DNA of 64,000 nucleotides from Negaprion brevirostris (Eukaryota): assembly GCA_030324005.1 (NCBI GenBank), contig JARDVH010000130.1:44354274-44418273 (forward strand). The letters run 5' to 3'. Below the pieces are notes generated by a model that saw only the letters and a list, made by a program, of their open reading frames with translations, searched no databases and was not told the DNA's origin. A program made the translations under genes and the position numbers. This document shows, one piece after another, positions 12,228-22,156 of the stretch. Numbering within the stretch: position 1 is the stretch's first letter; the number at the start of each line of letters is the position of its first letter.

Positions 12228-12940
12228 CTGTTAGCTTATTAGAATTTTCTATCCCTAATGTTAGTTAGTTAGTTAGAACCTTCCATCTGTGGTGTTAGTT
12301 AGTTAGACTTTACTATCACTAGTGTTAGTTAGTTAGAATCTTTATCCCCAGTGTTAGTTAGTTATACTCGGTTCCTAGTGCTAGTTTGTTAGAATTTCTA
12401 TCCCTAGTGTTAGTTAATTAGTTAGAATCTTCCATCTGCGATGTTAGTTAATTAGGCTTTACTATCACTAGTTTTAGTTAGAATCTTTCATCCCCAGTGT
12501 TAATTAGTTAGTTATACTCGGTTCCTAGTTTAGCCTGTCAGAATCTTCAATCACTAGTGTTAACTAGTTAGAATCTTTTTCTAGTCTTAGTTAATTAGTT
12601 AGTGGACTTTTCTATCACTAATGTTAGTTAGTAAGAATCTTCTGCTCTATGTTAGTTAGTTAGAACCTTCTATACCTAGTATTAGTTTGTTAGTTAGAAT
12701 CTTCTATCTGTAGTGTTAGTTAGTTAGTTAGACTCTCCCATCTCTAGTGTTAGTTACTAAGTTAGGTAGTTAGTTAGAAATTGCTGCTCCCAATGTTAGT
12801 TTGGTATATTCTCCTCACTCTAGAGTTAGTTGTAGTTTTCTCCCTGTGGTGCTAGTTAGTGCTCTGGCCTTCTTTCCATACTGTTAGTTAGTCAGAATCT
12901 CTCAGCCCCGGTGTTAGCTAATTATTGAGTTAGTCAGAGT
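12228..12940. repeat. Degenerate minisatellite, ~30 bp unit (TGTTAGTTAGTTAGA + pyrimidine-rich variable part) with a 150 bp higher-order repeat
   Basis: Roughly 20 or more units. The five-unit block 12241-12390 recurs at 12391-12530; for example atactcggttcctagt is at 12364 and 12514. Confidence 0.92.
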
Positions 12941-12983
12941 CTTTTGTTGCCAGGAGCACCTGAGAGAACCTCATGTCCAGAAT

Positions 12984-13075
12984 GAACCATGGGAAAGTCA
13001 TGGTGCAGAAAGAGGGCATTCAGCCCATCATGTTTGTGCTGTCAAAGTAGAGAGAAGAGAAACTAGCCACTCATT
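12984..13075 (-). mobile_element. CR1-type 3' tail fragment
   Basis: catggtgcagaaagagggcattcagcccatcatgtttgtgctg. Confidence 0.55.
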
Positions 13076-13882
13076 TACTGAGGTGTTTGACTCTGATCAG
13101 AATGATCCACAATATATTTGACATTTTGGACAATATCCTGTCCATCTTGCTTCTGTAATGAGAAAAATGATAGCCTGATTCCCTGGCCAGAGAGCAAGCC
13201 ACACTGCCTTTAGTCTGGCTCAAATATGTCTGCCTTGGGTAGCCCGGACAGGAATTATACTCTCGCCAGTCCAATCTCCCTGCCCATCCCAATAGCAAGG
13301 GGTTGATTTAGAGGCACCTACTGTCAATGATGTGTCTGAACCTGGTCTTTCTACCCCCTTTCTAACGCTGTCTGACCCTCCTTCCATCAGATTCTCAACA
13401 GTATCCTTACTTTTTTATTGTACAAGATTTTTATTGTATAAACTTCAAAAATACTTGCTATGGTTCAGCAATAGCTGCAAGTGCAGTTAGGTTTTGCTTT
13501 GAGCATCATTATGTTAACATCCCTTGTACAAAATGGAAGTGAAAATGTTGAGTAACTCATTTGAAGTTTTACCTTCATGTCTGTGCACATTATAAATCTC
13601 AATGGTAAAGTTTTAAAAAAAATAGTTTGAGCTCTTCACTCTCTTACTTTTCCAATTAACAAAAACTCAAGAAACAGAGGTCAGTGGCATTTACAAACCT
13701 TCATGAAAACAAACAAACAAGCAAAAGATCTTGTACAGCTAATGTAACAAGACAAAATTTATTTTAATACAATCTGTTCATTCCTCCTTAAATTTCATAA
13801 CCAACTTGGGCTCCTGGTTTCATTTTACCACAAGTCTAGTCTCTCCTTTTGATTAAAGCACTAAATAGCTTTATAGATGTAA

Positions 13883-14631
13883 GGCGGAATTCTCCCAAAG
13901 CCCCCCTTGGCACATTCAATGGTAGATATGGGGAGTGGATATGGCAGGACACCCAGAGATATGTTTCACACCGACGTGATTTTACAGTGGGATCTTCTGT
14001 TAGTGCCTGCCATTGCAGGTTGGAAAACCTGCAGAGGCCAATATGAATCTCATCTGAATCGCAGAAATGTGATGCAGATGAAGACCTGACTCCCCCAGGT
14101 CAGGGTCTACATGATGCCTACAGGGAAACTGGCTGGTGTGAAACATGTTCAGAACAATGTGGCATGCAGATGTTGGGATTTATCTGAACAATGCCTGGGG
14201 CTGCCTGTGGAGTTCAGCATGGTGGCCTGGAACAGTGCATCAGAGGATCGGGGAGCATCTGCAGGTAGACCTTCCAGATTAGGTATCCAGAGGGGTCCAT
14301 CTTCCAGCTTCAGAGTTTTTCTAGAGATCCATCTTCATGCTCAGGAGGTACATCTTCTGGCCTCAGAGTGCTCCCAACGGTCCATTTTCTTTTCAGGTGG
14401 TCCACTTTCTTTCTTCAATGGTAAGTTTGTGATGTTGGATGCCTTTTCAATATGGCACCTGGACACAATGGCAGACGATGTGCCATCCAGGCCTGCTCCG
14501 CTACGAAATACAACATAAAACAGCCAAGCGCATAATTAATATGGTTAGGGCCAAAAGATTTGGTGTGTTTTCCTGCCGGTTGCCACTATTGGAAATACTT
14601 CACTTGGTCCAAAAATGGGAGAATTCTGCTC
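13883..14631. mobile_element. Non-autonomous DNA element (MITE-like, possibly PIF/Harbinger type) with terminal inverted repeats
   Basis: Left end ggcggaattctccca (13883) and right end tgggagaattctgct (14616-14630). The interior is more GC-rich than the flanks and has no credible ORF. Confidence 0.65.
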
Positions 14632-15671
14632 ATGGTGTAGTTAACAGCAGGATTGTAAGATTAGAAGTAACTTAAGTATCTAATGTATAAACGTAAAAAT
14701 TATCCTTATTTTTATAAAGCAATCAATTAATCCTCCATTGTTTACTCAATGTAATTGTAAAAGGGATTCGCAGCCTTGTTGACAGATGCCACCATCATCC
14801 CTCAACCTCTTGACCTCAACTTTAGAATTTAGCACAAGTGCAGATTAATGCATAACTCACGAAGTTGCAGTCAGTCAGTCATTGCTCTGTAACAGGTTGC
14901 GTGCTGTAGACTTGCTGAGCTGACAACCAGTGAAATCAACTGATTCTCTAGTGAGAAGTTCCCCACCTTGTGTTTGCATTTTAAGTCTTGTTCAATGACT
15001 GGGTTTTTAAAGGCAATTTGTGCAATACTACTGTTAAATATTGAGCAGACCCTGAAAATACGTTATATTTATGGAATATTATTAAAGGTTCTAATGACTA
15101 CATGTTTTAAACTAGATTTTCAATAATTTTTCATATTATTTCAGCTTCTATTTTAGCCCTACATATATGAACCAATCTTTATTTTCCTCTGTAAAATGTT
15201 AAGAAGGCATTTTAAATGCTTTTCATTTCCTGGTTTACCGTTTGTGAGAACTCCTTAATATCAGTGGCTGCTTGGACAGCTTGATAACATCACTACAACT
15301 CAACGCTGGGAATTCCTATTAAACCTTGCTACAATCGACTGCTCATTGAGAGAGGTGAAGTTTTTGGCAAAGAGACTGCTATATCTGTCAGCACAGCTTT
15401 CTTTGAGGTCAGCCAGGAGGGCCCTTAGCATGCCACTAACTGCAACACCTAGGCCATTAGATTTGTGTAGGAATTTTAACTTCAAATACATTAAGTGGAT
15501 TTCAAGGGGATTTGTTGCAATTCTGACATTATCTGTTTGGGTGGACAGAAACTCACTTTTAATTACTTTCTCATGGGAGGCAAGGGACGGAAGGATCATA
15601 TTAACTTATAAGCTCTCTTGTCATATCTCCGAGGATGTCATGAAGTTTTTGATGACGTCCTGCAAAGTAAA

Positions 15672-15928
15672 CTTATTTATTATTAGTGTCAGAAGTTAGT
15701 GTTACATTAACACTGCAATAAAGTTACTGTGAGAAACCCCAATTCGCCACACTCCAGTGCCTGTTCAGAGAGAATTCATCATGGACAATGCACCTGACCC
15801 ACACGTTTTGGACTGTGGAAGGAAACTGGAGCATCCAGAGGATAGCCATGCAGACATGGGGAGAACCTGCAAACCCTGCACAGTCACCCAAGCTGCAAGA
15901 CAGCAGTGCTAACCACTGTGCTGCCCCA
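15672..15928 (-). mobile_element. V-SINE with HE1-like head and core but a different, Rex1-like 3' tail
   Basis: Head cagcagtgctaaccactgtgctgcccc and core ttggactgtggaaggaaactggagcatcc as in HE1. The tail (minus strand) ends tctgacactaataataaataa rather than the HER1 tail. Confidence 0.75.
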
Positions 15929-15959
15929 ACTGTGTTGCTAAATAAGCAAAGGCTTCAGT

Positions 15960-16190
15960 CATTCTACGCGGAGAAAAAAACCCACAAACAACAATGAGAT
16001 GATTGACCAATTAATTTATTTTTGATGATGTCTGGTAAAGGAAAACATTTTTCAGAATATTGCAAGAACTCCCTGCTATTCTTTAAATAGTACCATGGAA
16101 TCATCAACATTAGACAGATTGTTTTATATCACGTGGAAATGATGACACTCTGGTACCACAGCACTCCCTTGCATTGCACTAAAGTATTTG
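15960..16190 (-). mobile_element. Old Deu-domain SINE (SacSINE1-like), degraded
   Basis: aacccacaaacaacaatgagatg...gaactccctgctattctttaaatagtaccatggaatc...cagcactccct. Confidence 0.6.
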
Positions 16191-16569
16191 TACAGAGACA
16201 ATCTAGATGATAATAAAGGAAGACAGAATTGTTGAAATGTTTTCCTAATGTTAGGTTTCTCCGACATGGAAATGAAAGCCAACACTGAATACATTTAATA
16301 ACTTCAGCCTTGTCGTTACTTATTATAAAGCTGGACTCTTGGGGGAAGTCCCATGGTGCTAGTGCGGGAATAGTCGTGTTTCCGTGAGCCCTGGCAAAAA
16401 ATCTTGATGCACAGCTTATAGTCATTTTATCCTGGGGTGTATATTCCTTGCTATGTCCTTGGAATATTTTTGGGGCAGTACTGATGACAGAATGCCAAGG
16501 ACTGCCAGGAAAATCCTCCATAAAAAGGAGCAGTCGGAGGCATTTGGGCCCTCAACATGTGACCTGGCT

Positions 16570-17263
16570 GGGAAGCAGCCTGTGGGCCTGGCAGAAAATG
16601 ACTGTAAACATTACCAAAGTTATAGATGACAAATTCCGTGACAGAACATTAATGCTCACTTGGATGAACTGTTGAATACAGGCAAGAGGCTCAGTGAGGC
16701 GGAAGATGGAATCCTTGTCGAAAGTGCCACTTTTTCGGTCAAGGCTCAGTTGCAATCCTTAAAGAGTCAGCTGCATGGTTTGTCTGCTATCCTGATGGAT
16801 CTAAAAAACCAGGGTTGGAGGAAGAATATCTGCGTGATTGGTTTTGAGAAGGAGTTCAAGGTGGGCTCCATTAAATTTTTTGAAAACTAGCTGCCACGTA
16901 TTTTAACCTCGATACTTAGGCAGGGGGAACAAGCTTGAAACACGGCAACATGTTCTCTCTCTTAGGCTTAGAGACAACCAATATCCATGATCTATTGTCA
17001 TATGTTTCTATAACTTCAGAGACCACCTGAGTATTTTGGGAGGCTGCCAGGCATGGTGGGACTGGCTCAATGATGCAGCAAAAGTTTCGTTCTCCCAGGA
17101 CTTCTTGGTGAAAGTGCAGCAAAAACACAAAGGCTTCAACATGGCCAGAAAGCATTCAAAGACTTTTGGAATTCGGGATGGCCTGCACCATCCTGCTGTC
17201 CTGAGGGTCATCCTCAAAGGGTCTGTTAGGGCAATCTGGCTTAGGCTTTTTTGGAATCCGTGA
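16570..17263 (+). mobile_element. L1-clade LINE ORF1p (Transposase_22-like) relic
   Basis: Heptad-like region followed by MDLKNQGWRKNICVIGF (compare DLENRSRRNNIRIIGL) and KVSFSQDFLVKVQQKHKGFNMARK...GIRDGLHHPAVLRV (ORF1p C-terminal domain); broken by stops and frameshifts. Confidence 0.8.
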
Positions 17264-17274
17264 ATGGCAATGAT

Positions 17275-17800
17275 TCATAATTAAGATCCGCAGCTCCTTG
17301 TTAACCCTGGACTGTACCCCTATAATTATTTCTTCGTGTTGATCCCGCACTGTGCTTTTTCACATTGACGGGGACAATCCTGTGACTGAAACATGAGGTG
17401 AATTTCGCTGAAGATGCTGTTTAGTCATATTCTGCAATTCTCCATCGTTAATCCTTGAATGAATCCCTTGGAATTGCATCTCTTAATTGATCATGTTACG
17501 CGATTTACCACATCGATAGGGCAATCCTGAGTGATGTCTGGTTATCCTGATGAGTCCAATGACATTAATTCATCCTTCGCCCCTGTAATTTAATCTCTGA
17601 ATGGATCCTGTTACCTGAGTTATCACACTGACAGGGGAAATCCTGAGAGATCCTGATATCCTGCAGTGAATTTGGTCAACCATCCTGTTCAGATCATATT
17701 CTGCAGTTCTTTGTTAATCCTTGGATGTATCCCCAGTAATTCCATCTCAAAATTAATCCTGTTACATAATAATAACACATTGATAGGGGCAATACATGAC
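17275..17800. repeat. Degenerate tandem repeat, about four copies of a ~120-150 bp unit
   Basis: Recurring ttaatcctt...cccctgtaatt...tgatcctgttac...cacattgataggggcaatcctg near 17300, 17450, 17580 and 17715. Confidence 0.7.
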
Positions 17801-19084
17801 AGCGAACTTTTGCTCGTTATTCTAACATCCTGGTATTCTGATGTACCTAGGAACATTCATTTATCCTGAATAGGATGTGCAATTTTTTTTTCCATTTTCT
17901 CATCTTATGATCCTGGAAAATATATAGTGGTGGACTTTTTCATCAGATATCCTCTATCACAATTATGATTAAAACAAGTAGTGCCATTGCAGGGAGGTGG
18001 GCTTGTGGTTGAATAGGAAGTTATTGGGTAGGGTGTGACGAGTCCTCACAGTGGGTGAGGAAAACCCCCCTCGAACTTACGGGCTCCTATATTTTTTGCA
18101 ATTCAGTTGTTTCGGGATTATAGAATCCTTGCTTAACTCTGGTTATGTATAGATGTACTATATATCCTGGGGAGAGAATTTGAATTGCATCAACGTCCCC
18201 CANNNNNNNNNNNNTTTTCAAAAGTGCACTACTGAGTCAATTGTGGCTGCGTCCTGTTATCCAGATAATCCTCATTGTTTGAAATATTCTTTTGTTACCT
18301 GCATGGTGGGATGTGACAATGAATAATCTAAACCAACTGTGTTTTTTTCTCTCTTCCTACTTGTAGTTTTTTTGAAAATGATCCTGCTGTAATGAACCAA
18401 TCTTTGAGAGGCTGTTGCTTTCTTGTATAAAGTGAAAACATTTTCTATAGAAATATAATTTTTAAAAAATTGGACCTTTCTGCAGAACAAAGACAATTAA
18501 GATGGTTGACCTTCTGTCCGAGTATTATCCCCAGCAGTCTCGAGAGAAAAAAAAACTCCTTTCAGTTTTGGAAATGTCACACCTCGTTACATCGAAGGAG
18601 CTCCTAATAAACAACATGGAACTGGTCAGATCAATTTCAAAGGGAGCTCCAGGAAAGTAATTTGAATCTGATCAGCCAATCTTGCTATGGAGTCAGTGGG
18701 TGTACTAAGCTTCCCAAATGCCAGGCCATCAACACAAATGGCACCCTTTTCAATCCATAATGGCTGAGAAATAATCAGTTGTGACAGTGCCAATTTCAGA
18801 CACTGGATAAACTTGCAGTAATTGTGGAGGAGGAAGCTCATACGACCCAAGACTCTGGTCCTTGGAAGAATTTAGTATTACATCTTGGGCTGTACACGGC
18901 AGTTTGCTGTTTCATGACATGGATGGTGAGCCACAAAGAAGCTAGCTCTGTCCAAAGGGGACAACTGTCTTATCCAACCTGACTCAGCTGAAAGATTGCA
19001 TACTATCGTCTACAGAATCAACTCAATCTCCGTGTGCCCACTTCAGCTTGTGACATCAACACCACTTGAAAAGCGAATCTTACA

Positions 19085-20205
19085 ACACAGACACCAGCCT
19101 GACTTTGGGACTCTGGAACTCACATGAAGGAGAGGTCAAGTATGTTTTTCCCTCTGTTGGTTCCCTTGCCACCTGCCGTGATCCTAGTCCGCCAGCTATG
19201 TCCTTTAGGACCGGCCAACTCTCGGTGATAGATATGGAAATTCCCCACCCAGACTACATTCTGCATCCATGCCATCTCCAGTACTTCTTCCAAGTGGTGT
19301 TCAATGTGGAGTACTGATTTATCAGCTGAGGGGGACTGGTTCATGTAATCAGCACGAAGTTTTCTTGCCCATACTTGACCTGATGCCATCAGCCTTTAAG
19401 GCATCCAGAGTTGATGTTGAGGACTCCCAGGGCAATTCCCTCCAGACAGTATACCACTGCGACGTCACCTTTGCTGGGTCTGTCCTGCCAGTGAGACAGG
19501 TGACAGTGGTGTCTGGAACACTCTCTGTGAGGTATCATTCCGTGAGTACGACTGTGTCAGGCTGTTGACGAGTCCGTAAGACAGCTCTCCCAATTTTGGC
19601 ACAAGCCCCCAGATGTTAGTGAGAAACGAATTTCGTAATTTTGTTCACAATTTAACTAGATTATCTTTGCTGTGCACAGAGGATACAGTGTATACTTTAT
19701 AAGGCAGTCGCTCTGTTCACTGAAAGCCTTTGTATAAATGAATGCAAAAATGGTTGACAACTGCTTGTTTTGAACCAAAATCATGCCTGTAAGGTATGAT
19801 TCTGTGAATATGACCTCAGGCTGTTGACTAGTCTGCAAGAAAGCTCTCCCAATTTTGATACAGGCCCTAGGTGTTAGTGAGGAGAACTTTGCAGGGTTGA
19901 CAGGATTGAGTGTGCTGCTGTCATTTCTGATGCTTTGGTCGGTGCTGGATAATCAGTCCGGTTTCATTCCTTGTGTAGTAATTGAATACAAAGTGGCTTG
20001 CTGGGATATTTCAGAAGGAACTCAAACGTGAACAACATTGCTGTGGGTCTTGAAATCAGATGTAGGCCAGACCAGAGAAGGATGGCAGATTTCCTTCCCT
20101 AAAAGGACATTAGTGAACCTGTTGGTTTTTTATGACAATTGACAATGGTTTGTGGTCATTAAACGTTATTAGTTCAGCGGCAATACCATTGCATCACTGC
20201 CTCCC
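19085..20205 (-). mobile_element. Jockey/CR1/L2-group LINE, 5' part: APE endonuclease relic plus 5' region (clade not determined)
   Basis: Minus ORF 19120-19389 PSADKSVLHIEHHLEEVL...NVVWVGNFHIYH...TNRGKNILDL matches APE motifs (GDFN; TR...LDL). Interrupted at ~19630-19785. Confidence 0.75.
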
Positions 20206-20467
20206 TTGGTCCAAGACTACATGATCCTTAGTGTTGCTGATCCACATTTGTTGCTTGCTTATGCCAAACCCTCACATCACAGCACAGCTCTTTAAATACA
20301 TCTCATACATTCAAACTCCAAATTATAATTGAAAACGTATACAAACTGACAGTTTCCATGGGCTTCATGCAGCAAGTAACTGCAACAGAGGTTGACAATC
20401 ACATACTGGCAACCAGTATGGATTAGGTACATTTGCCACAGTGTACTTAATGTTCCTTCAATGTACA

Positions 20468-21015
20468 TTATTACCTTCTTCACTGAAGGTGCTCAGAAGT
20501 GATGTTTTCATCCATTTGTTAATCTGTTTGTAAACAATACATCTCAAGAACTAATGGACTGATTTCAGTGAAATTTGGAACACAGATAGGATATAACCCA
20601 AGGAAGAACTGCTTAGCTTTTGGCAAAGATGTAAATCTGGATCCTGGGGAGTTTTCAAAGGATCCATTAACATTGGAATACTGGAGAAATAGGCTTTTTC
20701 AAAAAAAAAAATTGTGGGCTGTTTTATTTAGAATGTTGATCGCTTTGTGATGTTGTGGATTGTCTAACTTGCTGTGCTACAGCTGTCAAAATGCGCAGAG
20801 TTTTCAAAATAGATTGTTGGATGTGGACCGGCCCCTGAAGCCTTCTCAGCGAGATGAAAGCTTTTAACAAAATTTTAAAAATATTTTTCAGCTTTGTGCT
20901 AATGGGCCTTCATGCAGGCAGGAAAAAAGCCTCAAGGAAAACTGCATAATTGCAATAATGTTGAGTATACACACCATGGCAGAGCACTGAGTTCCACTGA
21001 ATGCCTTCTTCATTT
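20468..21015 (+). mobile_element. HINE/DINE-1-like non-autonomous Helentron-type element
   Basis: Starts attaccttcttcac...gaagtgatgttttcatccatttgttaatctgtttgt, has the core gactgatttcagtgaaatttggaacac...ccaaggaagaactgcttagcttttgg...atctggatcctgg, and ends ggcagagcactgagttccactgaatgccttctt (imperfect terminal hairpin) in T-rich sequence. Confidence 0.6.
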
Positions 21016-21210
21016 ATCTTAGCAATATTTCTCTTCTTGCATAATAAAATTGCATATTAAGAGTAATTTCGTAAGTAGGCCTGCTAATTGTACATCTAAG
21101 AAAAATTAACCTCGACGAGTGGGAAGCTTTGAACAACATGGTTTTCTATCTGAAAGAGAACACATCAAATTTTTTGATCCAGAATGTAATTGGATAAAGA
21201 GATACCAAGG

Positions 21211-21460
21211 TAAAAGCAAAATACTGCGATGCTGGAATCTGAAACAAAAGCAGAAAATGCAGGAAAATCTCATCAGATCTGACAGTACCTGTGGAGTGAG
21301 AATAGGGCCAATGTTGAATCAGGATCATCCTTCATCAGAACTGCATGACCATTCCTCAGAGCTCTGATGAAGGGTCATCTTGACTCAAAACATTAGCTCT
21401 ATTCTCTTTCCACAGATGCTGTCAGACCTGCAGAGATTTTCCAGCGTTTTCTGTTTTTGT
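21211..21460. mobile_element. Penelope-derived inverted pLTR pair (fold-back element) with two decayed hammerhead cores
   Basis: Arms 21244-21341 and 21361-21460 are clearly reverse-complementary around a 19 nt spacer. CTGATGA lies at 21364-21370 (+) and 21332-21338 (-). Confidence 0.8.
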
Positions 21461-22064
21461 AAAGACAACATATTTCTACACACATTGCATCAGCGCTAAC
21501 ATATCCTGGCCATCTCAGGCACAAGATGTTTCAACAACCTGGAATGCTTCCATTGCATCTTTGTTCTGGTTTCGATTGTCACTTCTGGAGCCAGAAGCTG
21601 CCTGAACACACAAAAAGACAGAGAAAGGCCAGCTGGTTCTTCAAACCTGTCTAAAGCCATCATGATGCAACTGAGCGTCATCCTTTCCAGTGTACCCTTC
21701 TACTTGTACCATGAAGTCCCCTGGGTGATTTAAAAATTTAGTGCTTTTTACATGTCCCTGATGTGCAACTCTCCAAATGAAACTGTACTTGTAGCTTTTG
21801 GCATGAAGGCCTCTTTTAGCTTGCAAGGTTTCTCTAATGCTAATATTTAAATTGCTATCTTGACTTGGTTTATTCTTTCACAGAATTTCATAATTTTGTT
21901 TACAACTTAACTAGATTATCTATGCTAAATGCATAGGATACTTGCTCTCAGTATTCACCTAAAAACTCTGTACAAATGAATGCCAAAATATGGTTGACAA
22001 CTACTTGTTTCAGACCAAAATCAGCAATTCCATCTGATGTAGTTAGTATTTATTATGGGGGAGG

Positions 22065-22156
22065 GAATGAAGGGCCTGGGCGGGATTGTGGTCAGTGCAG
22101 ATTCAATGGGCCAAATGGCCGCCTTCTGCACTGTAGGGATTCTATGCTTCTATGAA
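22065..22156 (+). mobile_element. HE1-type SINE 3' tail
   Basis: gggcctgggcgggattgtggtcagtgcagattcaatgggccaaatggccgccttctgcactgtagggattctatg. Confidence 0.8.

Noticed and set aside
12228-12940. Repeat-spacer appearance resembling a CRISPR array or a telomeric tract
   Set aside because: The 'spacers' are short, mutually related and duplicated in order, the repeat is a TTAG microsatellite without a palindrome, there are no cas genes and the context is a vertebrate intron. The unit is TTAG, not TTAGGG.
13071-13400. Possible endonuclease-like peptide (DWREYN...GYHFSHYRSKMDRIL) on the minus strand
   Set aside because: Resemblance to LINE endonucleases is too weak to call without a database search.
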